Assembly: GCA_025453525.1 (NCBI GenBank)
Contig: JALOQD010000028.1
Location: forward strand, 1 to 42,539
Direction: 5' to 3'
Source of the DNA: Myxococcota bacterium
GTDB taxonomy: Bacteria > Myxococcota_A > Polyangia > JAAYKL01
Length of the DNA: 42,539 bases
The notes beneath the pieces were generated by a model. The model worked only from the letters and a program-made list of their open reading frames with translations. It had not been told where the DNA came from and searched no databases. Positions 28,503 through 37,860 of this stretch are shown piece by piece. Made by a program: the position numbers and the translations under genes. The first letter of the stretch is position 1. Each line of letters starts with the position of its first letter.

Positions 28503-30941
28503 ATGCAAGTGATGCGGCAGCCATTCGTTATCGTGGCGTTCGTGGTTATGTCGGCAACGTTGGTGAGGTGCAGCGGCAGCGATGCCGTCAAAGACAGCAC
28601 GGACACCTCGCCGGCGTTTCCGAGCGACAGCAGCTCTGAGACGGACACCGCAGCGGCACCGAGTGATTCGGGGGACAGCCTCGACACCAACGACCCCGTG
28701 ACCACGGCGTCGTCGGACAGCGGCACCTCGGATTCTGCGACACAGAGCGGTGACGGCCCAGACACCGGCACAGCGGCTTCGGACAGCGATAGCGCGACCG
28801 GGACCGCGGCGATCGGCGAGTTCCTCGTGACCCATACGCTCGACGCGGATGGCGGGCTCTCTCTCTCCGTGGCTCACAAAGACGAGCCGGAGCGCCCGAT
28901 CTGGGAGACCCCCCCTGGACAGCCGTTCCTCGCCGCGCGCCTCGTCAAAACGACGTTTGAGCAGTGGCATGGCTCGTTCACCATCACCGAGAAGCAGCAG
29001 GACAAGTGCGGTGCACAGACCGTGGACAGCCTGCTGGCAGGCGCAAAGCGCTTTGTCGTCACAGGCGGCTTCGAGGGTTGCGAGGTGCGCTACGGCTTCA
29101 CTCTGACCCCGGCCAGCGCTCGTCAGCTCGCCTTCGACGTCAGCCTCAACGACGCCCCTGTTCCGGGCAGCAAGAACGCCGTCTGGCGAGCCAGCCTTCT
29201 CTACTCCTCGGATCCGGACGAAGGTTTCTTCGGCTTTGGCGAGCAGTACACCCACTTCAATCTCAAGGGACGCAAGCTGCCCATCCTTGTGCAGGAGCAA
29301 GGTCACGGACGCGGTCTCGAGCCGCTCAGCACACTGCTCAACACCTTTGGCAAGGGCGCGGCCGGGGACTGGTATACGACCTATTCACCAGTGCCGCAGT
29401 ACATCACCAACACCAACCGCTGCCTATTCCTTGAGAATTACGAATATTCGACCTTTGACTTCACGGACGATGACCTCGTGACCATCGAGCCCGACGCCGG
29501 GAACATCCGGGGCCGCATCGTCTACGGCAAGTCTCCGCTAGAGCTCGTCGAGGAGTACACGACCTTCTCTGGACGCATGCCGCCACTGCCAGACTGGATG
29601 GGACAGGGAGCGGTGGTCGGTCTGCAGGGCGGCTCGGAGGTCGTACGAAGCACCCTCGCGATGCTCGACGAGCACGACATTGCGCTGGCCGCGCTTTGGC
29701 TCCAGGACTGGGTCGGGCAGCGCGAGACAACGCTCGGAACGCGCCTGTGGTGGAACTGGGAGGTCGACCGGCGGACCTACCCGGACTGGGAAGGGCTCGT
29801 CGCCGAGCTCAACGACCGCGGCGTCCGCGTGATGGGCTACCTCAATCCGTTTCTGACCGATGCCAAGGACAAGCCCGGCGTGGAGCACAACTTCTATCCA
29901 GACGCCGTGGCGAACAACTACCTGCTCCGGGACCTGAACGGCAAGCCCAAGCTCATCGAGTCAGGGGGCTTCTCTGGCGCGCTCGTCGACTTTAGCAACC
30001 CAGAGGCCCGCGCGTGGCTCAAGGGCGTCATCCAGGACCAGTTGATCGGCAAGGGCCTGGCTGGCTGGATGGCGGACTTCGGCGAGGCAGTGCCTTTCGA
30101 CACCATGCCCTTCTCGGGCGAGAGTCCGCGCACCTACCACAACCGCTACCCCGAGGAGTGGGCTGCCTTGACCCGCGAGGCGATCGAAGAGGCGGGCGCG
30201 CTCGGCGAGATCGTCTCCTTCCACCGCACGGGCTTCAGGCGCGGCCCAGCGAGCTCGACGCTCTTCTGGGTCGGCGACCAGCTCGCGTCTTGGGATCAGA
30301 ACGACGGCATCAAGACCGCTCTCGTCGGCCTGCTCTCGAGCGGCCTGTCGGGCTACAGCATCAATCACAGCGACGTCGGCGGCTGCATCGCCTTCGACTA
30401 CGTGGTGCTCAAGTACCTCCGCACCGCAGAGCTGCTCGTGCGCTGGATGGAGCTGAACGCCTTCTCGCCTGTGTTCCGCAACCACGAGGGCAACAACCCC
30501 GAGAAGAGCGGCGAGCAGATCTACTCGACCCCCGAGCTGCTCGACGCCATGGCGCGCTTCACCAAGGTCTTTGTCGCGATGAGCGATTACCGCAAGGGTC
30601 TTCTGCGCGAGGCGAGCGAGAGGGGCTGGCCAGTGGTGCGCCCGCTACTGCTCCACTATCCCGAAGACCCCGAGGTTTGGAAGCTCGACCACCAGCTGAT
30701 GCTCGGCAGCGAAATCCTGGTCGCGCCCGTACTCGACGAAGGCGCCAAGGTCGTTGAGGCCTACCTGCCAAAGGGCGAGTGGGTGCACCTGTTCACCGGG
30801 CACACCTACGGCTCCAAAGCGAGCGGCGTCTGGGTCACGATCGACGCGCCGCTCGGCGAGCCGGCCGCGTTCTACAAGAGCGGCTCTGCTGCTGGCGAAT
30901 CCATCCGCCAAACCCTGCTCACCGAAGGTATCGCGCGCTGA
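28503..30941 (+). CDS. yihQ: GH31 glycosidase, sulfoquinovosidase (YihQ)-like, secreted or lipoprotein, with a Ser/Thr/Asp-rich linker
   Basis: GLQGG, LQDWVGQRETTLGTRLWWNW, WMADFGE (nucleophile), WVGDQ (acid/base), RNHEGN; motif spacings match E. coli YihQ as I recall them; signal peptide ending in Cys. Confidence 0.8.
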   Translation: MQVMRQPFVIVAFVVMSATLVRCSGSDAVKDSTDTSPAFPSDSSSETDTAAAPSDSGDSLDTNDPVTTASSDSGTSDSATQSGDGPDTGTAASDSDSATGTAAIGEFLVTHTLDADGGLSLSVAHKDEPERPIWETPPGQPFLAARLVKTTFEQWHGSFTITEKQQDKCGAQTVDSLLAGAKRFVVTGGFEGCEVRYGFTLTPASARQLAFDVSLNDAPVPGSKNAVWRASLLYSSDPDEGFFGFGEQYTHFNLKGRKLPILVQEQGHGRGLEPLSTLLNTFGKGAAGDWYTTYSPVPQYITNTNRCLFLENYEYSTFDFTDDDLVTIEPDAGNIRGRIVYGKSPLELVEEYTTFSGRMPPLPDWMGQGAVVGLQGGSEVVRSTLAMLDEHDIALAALWLQDWVGQRETTLGTRLWWNWEVDRRTYPDWEGLVAELNDRGVRVMGYLNPFLTDAKDKPGVEHNFYPDAVANNYLLRDLNGKPKLIESGGFSGALVDFSNPEARAWLKGVIQDQLIGKGLAGWMADFGEAVPFDTMPFSGESPRTYHNRYPEEWAALTREAIEEAGALGEIVSFHRTGFRRGPASSTLFWVGDQLASWDQNDGIKTALVGLLSSGLSGYSINHSDVGGCIAFDYVVLKYLRTAELLVRWMELNAFSPVFRNHEGNNPEKSGEQIYSTPELLDAMARFTKVFVAMSDYRKGLLREASERGWPVVRPLLLHYPEDPEVWKLDHQLMLGSEILVAPVLDEGAKVVEAYLPKGEWVHLFTGHTYGSKASGVWVTIDAPLGEPAAFYKSGSAAGESIRQTLLTEGIAR

Positions 30942-31234
30942 GAGAGCCTTTTTAGCCCCTCATAGCCGATCGGTTGATCGCTGAACGAGAATCCTCCAGA
31001 ACGCCCAGATTCTTTCGAAATCCGCGAGACTAGACCGCTGACGAAAGAGATTGTCCCCCTCTGCGGCCTGGCAAGGCATCCCGTCTTGAGACCCTGCACC
31101 ATGGCGATGATGCCATTCATTCTTGCTGACAACGTTTTCCTTCGCCCTGCTTTTGTGGGAGGAGACTGATGCTGCGCACTGGCAGTGGAGACAACCAGTG
31201 CTAAAAATAAAAGTTCGAAGGAGGGAAAAACCCC

Positions 31235-32602
31235 ATGGAAACCAAGATTCACCTCAGAGACGGCGACATCCCCCGGCAGTGGTACAACCTTGCGGCTGAT
31301 TTGGCCCACGAGCCGCTTCCTCCGCTCGGTCCAGATGGGTGTCCGATCTCACCAGAATCCCTGCTCAAGGTGTTCCCTGCCAAGCTCATCGAGCAGGAGG
31401 TCAGCCCCGAGCGATGGATCGACATTCCTGAGGGCGTGCTCGAGTTGCTTCTGCGCTTTCGGCCCACTCCGCTCGTCCGTGCGCGGCATCTGGAGCAGGC
31501 GCTTGGGACGCCAGCGCGCATTTACTACAAGAACGAGAGCGTCTCGCCGGCCGGCAGTCACAAGCCGAACACCGCCATGGCCCAGGCCTGGTACAACAAG
31601 CAGCAGGGCGTCGAGCGGCTGTGCACCGAGACTGGCGCGGGCCAGTGGGGATGCGCGTTGGCCTTGTCCTGCGCCTTGCTCGGCCTCGAGTGCAAGGTCT
31701 TCATGGTGCGTGTGAGCTTTGAGCAGAAGCCGGCGCGCAAGACGATGATGCAGGCCTATGGCGCCACCTGCCTTCCGAGCCCGAGCACCGAGACCGCCGC
31801 GGGCCGCGCCGTGCTTGCCGAGCATCCAGATACTCCTGGCAGTCTCGGCATTGCCATTAGCGAGGCAGTGGAAGCGGCCGTCTCAGACGCCTCGGGCCGC
31901 ACGCGTTACGCCCTCGGCAGCGTGCTCAATCATGTGATGCTGCATCAAACCATTATTGGCCTCGAAGCCAAAAAGCAGCTTGCCATGCTCGGCGAGAAGG
32001 TCGACGTGATCATCGCCTGCGCTGGCGGCGGCAGCAACTTCGCCGGGCTTGCCTTTCCCTTTGCCGCGGACAAGGCGAGCGGCGCTGACCTCGAGATCAT
32101 CCCTGTCGAACCGTTGTCCTGCCCGACTCTCACGCGGGGCCTTTTCACGTACGACTACGGAGATATCGCGGGCCTAACGCCCATGCTGCCCATGTACTCC
32201 CTGGGACGCGATTTCGTGCCAGACCCGATCCATGCGGGCGGTTTGCGCTATCACGGCATGTCGCCGCTCGTCTCACAGGGTGTGATCGAGGGACTGTTCT
32301 CTCCGCTCGCCCTACCGCAGACCGAATGCTTCCGGGCAGCGCTGCTGTTCTCTAGAACCGAGGGCCTGCTCGTGGCGCCAGAGACGAGCCACGCCGTGGC
32401 CGCGGTGATCCGCAAGGCCGAGCAGGCCAAGCAGGAAGGGCGCGAGAAGGTCATCCTCTTCAACCTCTCGGGCCATGGGATGATGGACCTCCACGGTTAC
32501 GACGCCTTTCTCAACGGCTCGCTCGTCGACCACGAGATCGGGGAAGAGCAGCTCGCCGCTGCCTTGGCCAAGCTCGCCACCCATCCGCCTGCGCGCTTTT
32601 AA
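31235..32602 (+). CDS. trpB2: TrpB2, stand-alone tryptophan synthase beta-like PLP enzyme
   Basis: IPRQWYNL, SPAGSHKPN (PLP Lys), TETGAGQWG, LGSVLNHV, IHAGGLRYHG, FNLSGHG. Confidence 0.93.
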   Translation: METKIHLRDGDIPRQWYNLAADLAHEPLPPLGPDGCPISPESLLKVFPAKLIEQEVSPERWIDIPEGVLELLLRFRPTPLVRARHLEQALGTPARIYYKNESVSPAGSHKPNTAMAQAWYNKQQGVERLCTETGAGQWGCALALSCALLGLECKVFMVRVSFEQKPARKTMMQAYGATCLPSPSTETAAGRAVLAEHPDTPGSLGIAISEAVEAAVSDASGRTRYALGSVLNHVMLHQTIIGLEAKKQLAMLGEKVDVIIACAGGGSNFAGLAFPFAADKASGADLEIIPVEPLSCPTLTRGLFTYDYGDIAGLTPMLPMYSLGRDFVPDPIHAGGLRYHGMSPLVSQGVIEGLFSPLALPQTECFRAALLFSRTEGLLVAPETSHAVAAVIRKAEQAKQEGREKVILFNLSGHGMMDLHGYDAFLNGSLVDHEIGEEQLAAALAKLATHPPARF

Positions 32603-32665
32603 TCAACGAGCCGCTCAAACGCCACAATCCAAGGTCTGACGTCTGTCAGCTGGATTCAAGGGGAC

Positions 32666-33154
32666 TCAACCGTCGTCCCTCCTCAGGAGCGAAATCAGCA
32701 CCGGAAGCAGCAGCCGATCCTTGGCGCGATGTGAATGCCGTTTGATTTCGACGATTTTGGGCAGACCGAGCACCCAGAACGAGGTCGAGTCGCTTTGGAA
32801 GCGCACGGCGTGGGGTAGCAATTCCTCGTAGCCCAGGTCCCCCTCTATTTCGCACAAGAGGTCGAGGGGGCCGAGGTCGGTCATGAGATTGAGATGGCCC
32901 TGCCCGAGGAGGGCCGATTCGGTCGGCTGGAGGATGCGTCCCTTGGGTTGTTCTCGATAGTGAGCGTTGATTGATTGAAGAGTCTCGAGCAGGCGTGTGG
33001 CGTTGGGGCGCGTGCGAGCGTGCACAATATCCACGTCGTGCGTGGAGATGGGCGCTCCGTGGAGCACCGCGGCCATTCCTTCCACCAAGATGAAATCTAC
33101 GTCGCGCTCGACGAGCAGGGGGATGAGCTCTGCGCCAGACACGTCTCTATCCAC
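32666..33154 (-). CDS. Nucleotidyltransferase-fold protein (MNT/AbiEii-like)
   Basis: FILVEGMAAVLHGAPISTHDVDI, TDLGPLDLL, KRHSHRAKD; GTG start after GAGGT. Glu stands where GG is usual, so the gene may be decaying. Confidence 0.75.
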   Translation of the reverse strand: MDRDVSGAELIPLLVERDVDFILVEGMAAVLHGAPISTHDVDIVHARTRPNATRLLETLQSINAHYREQPKGRILQPTESALLGQGHLNLMTDLGPLDLLCEIEGDLGYEELLPHAVRFQSDSTSFWVLGLPKIVEIKRHSHRAKDRLLLPVLISLLRRDDG

Positions 33155-33240
33155 GGCGATACCTCGCGAGCTCCACGGCGCTTTGTTGCGACCAGCGGAT
33201 CCGCTTGAGCGGCGGCAGAGACAGGAGCCAGAACCACGTC
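33147..33240 (-). pseudogene. Possible remnant of a small upstream partner gene of the nucleotidyltransferase
   Basis: Reads WLLSLPPLKRIRWSQQSAVELARYRRG*, with the stop overlapping the NTase start; resembles the LSLTPxER motif of small NTase partner proteins; no clear start. Confidence 0.35.
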
Positions 33241-33316
33241 CCACCCAAGCGGAAGGGTTTGTAACTGTTCGCGAATATCGGACGCCTCAATTTATTCGCA
33301 GAAAGTTGTCAATATT

Positions 33317-33559
33317 GGGGACAAGGGGGACGTTGCTAGAAAACTAAAGTTGTTTGGCAGAACATCCTCTGGCGTGAGCACACTCATGCCACGCGGACCC
33401 CGACTCGATACCCCTGGCCTCCACCACGTTCGCTTTCGCGCCATAGAACGAAGAGAGGTTTTTCTCGATGAAGAGGATCGAAGAAAGGCGCTTGAGGATG
33501 GAGACGCAGAAAGCGTTTGTTCTTCCTACACGCGCTACCGTCCCTGACGAGTTGTCCCC
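33317..33559 (+). mobile_element. Internally deleted Y1/REP-associated tyrosine transposase (RAYT) element
   Basis: ORF 33386-33547 MPRGPRLDTPGLHHVRFRAIERREVFLDEEDR is a RAYT N-terminus, truncated before the HUH motif; bounded by GGGGACAA..GGGACG and CGTCCC..TTGTCCCC. Confidence 0.75.
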
Positions 33560-36500
33560 TATGGCACGAGTGGCGAGACACTGTCGAATCTGGCTGTTGA
33601 GGGTTCGTCGATTCTGTGACTGGATACGACGACGCCCCACTGGGCCGAGGAAGAGAGTTGCACTTTCTGCTCGTCGCCGAGAGAGCTCCAGGTGGTCCCG
33701 TCCAATGAAACGAAGGCAGACACCGACTCTCCCGCGCGCGACAGCTTGAGCCAATACGGAAGTGTGGGGAAGCTGCCCGTCGCGACCACCGTGGCCGCCG
33801 CACCCGGACTCGCGCGCGTCTCAAACACGAGGCCCTGCGCCGGCGTCACCGCAAGAAGCGCATAGCTCGCATCGGCTGCCGTGTCCTTGCGGAGCACGAC
33901 GCCGGCCTTGGCTCCGAGGTCGGTGACTGTTTGTGATACGACGCGAACGACGACATCGCCGTCACTGCCCATTGTGGTGTGGGCCCAGCGTGCCCCTCGG
34001 TCCGCCTTCTCACCGGTGTCCCCACTGCCGGAGACCACCAGGTACTTACCGGATTGGTACGCCAGGCACGACGCCACCGAGCATGGAGAACCGAGCGTCC
34101 CCGTTTGCCACGACGACATGAGATCCGTAGGGTAGAACGTGATTCGCAGCGAACGACCGACGGCCGCGCCGTTCCTGGGGGTGGCGACAACGGTGTGGCG
34201 CACATCATCGGCCGTCCAGGGAATGGAGAATGCCTCAGCAGCATTGCCCGTCGTAATCTTTCCGCCCATGAGCGTGCTCACGTCAAAGGCCACAGCCGTC
34301 GCTGTATCAAGGACGTTTGCGCGTAGCTTCAAGTGGCGTGTGGGCAGAGCGGCCAACGCAATCACCTGGCTGTCGGCGATGGGATCATAGCCAACAATCG
34401 GTTGGCCCGTGTCGGCGTTCAGGAGACTGATACTTGCGACGATCGGACCCTGCCCATCGATAACGAGTGTATTGTCTGGCTCTGTCACGTTTGCCTGGTC
34501 GGCGACAGTCTCGCCCTTGACGGTGTTGTCGCGAAGATAGAGGGACGCACCGCTGAACGTGATGTGGCCCGCGCCTGGAAGGTCATTGGCCCAGAAAACG
34601 GCTTGTCTCACCGGTCCCGCAATGAGCGTCGGTACGTAGCCATTGCTCGACGGCCGGAAGGTGTTGCCAGCGAAGAACCAGTTGAACTCCGAGCCTGCTG
34701 GGTGGTTCTCTGCCTGGAACCAGTCCATCTGATTGCCGATGAACGTGTTGTCGAAGGCGAAAGGAGTCCCCGCTATTGGCCAGTACCCACCGAGTGTCGA
34801 GCCCTCCATGACGAACGAGCCATGCGGGCGCACCTGGGTACTCGCGAGCGATCGCCTTACGACGAAGCGCTCGCCCAGGTCGGTATCATCGATGACCAAT
34901 CTGACGGGGCTGGTGGGGGTGGACCCGTCCTTGGGGATTTCGACCACACGGTCCACGACCATGCGCAATCTGTCGCCGGACAGGACACGTGCGTGGCCCA
35001 ATGGGATCCCGGTGTCCGCGTTCACGATGACCACGCTGTCGCCCGGTGTCGCCGTTGGATGATCGCCGTAGCCGTTCGGCCACAGCTCATACTCGGTCGG
35101 CGAGACCAGGCGCGATATGCCTGCCTGCCACATATCTCCTTGGACGTGAAAAGTGTCGTCCCAGGCGCCGCCGAACTGGCAGTCCTCGTAGACAAGAGGA
35201 TCTCGGGTTCCTTCGTTGAGCGCGAGGTCGCGCATCGAAATGGCGGAACCGTGTCCTCCCTCGCTTTTCGGCCTAGGAAGTCCCACGAAGTTACGAAACG
35301 TCACCGGACCGTTGTGCATCGCCATCATGAGGAACAGCGCTGAGAGCTTGTGAAAAAATCTCCTCGGTCGCATTTCGGCCGAATTCGGGCGTTCGCTGCG
35401 TTGCTTCTCCTCGACGTATCGACGGATACGCCTCGTCGAGATTCTTTCACAAGCTCTGAGCTGTCCATGTTGTAGTCTTCGACGATGACGTTCTCGCTCC
35501 AGTAGATGGAGACCGATGGGAAATTCTTCATGCCTGGCCACATCCCAGTCACCGTGTCCGTGCCCGGCGTCAGGCTGCCGATCCAGTCCCCACCCTCCTG
35601 AACAGTCAATCGAACGGTCCGCTTGTCCGTCGAAGCGGCATCAATCGCCATGAACGACTGTGGCAGGAAAATCTTCCCGCCTGCCCAAGAGAGGTTGTAC
35701 TTGTCGGACGAGTCGGGCGACGTATCCAGTGGCGGCAAAGCCGGATACTGGCTCTGGAGCTTCACATCGACGGTGCCCTGGGCTTGGTTCATCGCCACGA
35801 TGTCCCACGACAGGAGGGAGTATGGGGTCATCTTCATGTTGAACCCCGAGATCGTGACGTTCGAGCATCCGTTGAGCCGGATGCCCAGCAGCGGACAGCG
35901 GTGCACAATGGTGGCGCCGTGACCGTTGAACGCCACGTTGCGAGCGCCATCGAGCTGGAAGACGGCGCTCTGCTCTGGCATCGTGGCCACGTAGTAGATC
36001 CGATTGGCTACGAAAGCGACTTCCGCACGCTCTCCGGCATTGGCGGCTGCGACGGCAGCTTGGAACGCTTTTTGGATCGCGGGACCGTCATCCGTATGGT
36101 TCTCGGCGTCGTGGTAATCGCCGACATAACCTAGAGCGCCGTAGTCGGCGACGTTGAAGACCTTTGTTGGGGGCAGAGCGCTGTGGAGTGCAACCTTCCT
36201 GAGCACGGGAAGTGAGCTGCCCGTGGCATCGGAAACTGCGAAGCGGATGGTCCGAGGATTCGTGTTGGGGGACTTGCCGACGTTGTCGTAGCGGAGCGCT
36301 CGCAAGGCACTCTGGTAGGCTGCCGGCGTCGCCGAGCCAGCGAGTGTGAAGGTTCCAGTCGCCCCGTCCCATGAGCCCTGAATCCCACCGGTCAGAGCGG
36401 CTCCGGCGGCCAGCGCGATGACATCTTGGTCAGCGTGGTACCCGCCCGCAATGCGAACAGTGGCCGAGGTGAGATTGTTCGGTGCTTTGACACGGAGCGT

Positions 36501-36683
36501 GTCGGTGAGAATCAGCGGCTCACTACCGACGGGCCATACTGGGCTGCTGTGCTCGAGAGCGAAGAGCTGCACCGACGAGACCACGCCCGTCGGGAGCGCG
36601 GGTGAGTCATTATCGCACGACAAATGAAAAACCGCAGTGAGGACCAAGGCCATCGCCATGATAACCACGCGTTTTATAGCCAT
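33559..36683 (-). pseudogene. Beta-helix glycoside hydrolase-like lipoprotein (Ig-like repeat + pectin-lyase fold + ConA-like domain) interrupted by a MITE
   Basis: Lipobox HLSC; VFNVADYGA...DDGPAIQKA; WDDTFHVQG; removing 116 bp (element + one duplication) joins the two ORFs into one 1002-aa frame. Confidence 0.85.
35344..35456. mobile_element. 113-bp MITE with 19-bp terminal inverted repeats and a 3-bp target duplication
   Basis: GAGCTTGTGAAAAAATCTC ... GAGATTCTTTCACAAGCTC (18/19 match); TGA at 35341-35343 and 35457-35459. Confidence 0.92.
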
Positions 36684-36848
36684 GTTGTTCTCCTTGGGTC
36701 TCTCGAATGCCGAGAAAACTCCTGACCAGGGCAGAAACGCGCACCCATTATGCCGCTGTACAAATGCTTCTAGTATTGAGCCGGGTCATGGAATTTTCCA
36801 TAGCAACACCATTTATAAAAGGAGAGACTTGTTCAAGTAGTAGGTCGC

Positions 36849-37003
36849 GGGGTCTGACACCGTTCTGACTCGAGGCGTGTGGTTCATTTCAGACTACCGA
36901 AGCATATCTCATAGATCGTCCCTGGTAAGTGAAAGATCGTAGGACCGTCCCCAGTTTCTGTGCTGCACAAGATCATTTTTGAAGGTACGTCCCCCATTGT
37001 CCC
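36849..37003. repeat. Cluster of REP/RAYT-type end motifs
   Basis: GGGGTCTGACACC at 36849; GTCCC(C) at 36918, 36947, 36989 and 36999; 36982-37003 is an imperfect inverted copy of the 33317 end. Confidence 0.6.
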
Positions 37004-37233
37004 GACATGCCTTTGTTTCTCTGCGGGGCAGGATCGATGCCATTTTCCGAGAGGATTCGCGCAATGGTGCTTCGCCCGACTTCGAAATTCAGGTTCTTCA
37101 AAGCGCCTTTGATGCGCGTGTAGCCCCAACCCGGATTTTCCTTGGCCAGCTTTAAAACCAGTTCTTGAATGGTTTCCGAAATATGAGGTCTCCCGGGTCC
37201 GCGTTTCTTGCTACCGTCGTATTTTATAGGCAT
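37004..37233 (-). pseudogene. Internal fragment of a DDE integrase/transposase (rve-type IS)
   Basis: KYDGSKKRGPGRP...LAKENPGWGYTRIKGALKNL..EVGRSTIARILSENGIDPAPQR; both ends missing. Confidence 0.85.
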
Positions 37234-37286
37234 GCCCGCTTCGCGAGACGCCAGTAATACGCTAGGAGTTAATAGCAGCGCAATTA

Positions 37287-37529
37287 TCAGACTCTATAAA
37301 TGAGAAGGAATATATGCTTGAAAACCACAAAACAACCTGCAGCTATAAATAAGATTCCGCCCAATAAGTATCCCACTTTAGTGAGCTTACGATAGAATTC
37401 AGTGTCCCACATGTGGCTTTGCGCTTTCATTGACCAATCCATGATTGCCTCGCGCCAGTGAATCAATGAAAAACCAAATAGAACCAATGCGCAACCTGCG
37501 AATATTCGAAATATCAACTCTGAATTCAC
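37287..37529 (-). CDS. Small two-TM protein, candidate RHS immunity protein 2
   Basis: 80 aa, low GC, AGGAG RBS with GTG start, two hydrophobic segments. Confidence 0.6.
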   Translation of the reverse strand: MNSELIFRIFAGCALVLFGFSLIHWREAIMDWSMKAQSHMWDTEFYRKLTKVGYLLGGILFIAAGCFVVFKHIFLLIYRV

Positions 37530-37601
37530 TTAGTCTCTCCTTTGTTTGACCGGTCCGATTATCGAATATGTTATTTTCTTGCTTCACGGCCCTGCCACGT
37601 T

Positions 37602-37835
37602 TTAGAAAATGAGCAGTATTTGTTTTGCAAGCAAAACTGAGCCGACAACTACGGCGCCAATTCCAAACAGAATAAAAAGAAATCTGTTTAGCCTTCGCTT
37701 AACATCATTCGATTCTGGAAACTTCGACAAATGCTCGGAATTCGGCTTAAGCAGTATTTGTTTATATAGAAACAAGACACCCACGTAAATAAATACAGCT
37801 CCCCCTATTGCGCTCAATAGTGATTGGTTGTTCAC
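37602..37835 (-). CDS. Small two-TM protein, candidate cognate RHS immunity protein
   Basis: 77 aa, starts 25 bp after the RHS stop, GGAG RBS, two hydrophobic segments. Confidence 0.65.
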   Translation of the reverse strand: MNNQSLLSAIGGAVFIYVGVLFLYKQILLKPNSEHLSKFPESNDVKRRLNRFLFILFGIGAVVVGSVLLAKQILLIF

Positions 37836-37860
37836 GTTTTCACTCCAAGGTACTTTGCAT

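Noticed and set aside
30942-31234. Possible IS end or trp attenuator before trpB2 (includes one GTCCCC at 31053)
   Set aside because: No paired terminal repeat and no Trp-rich leader peptide
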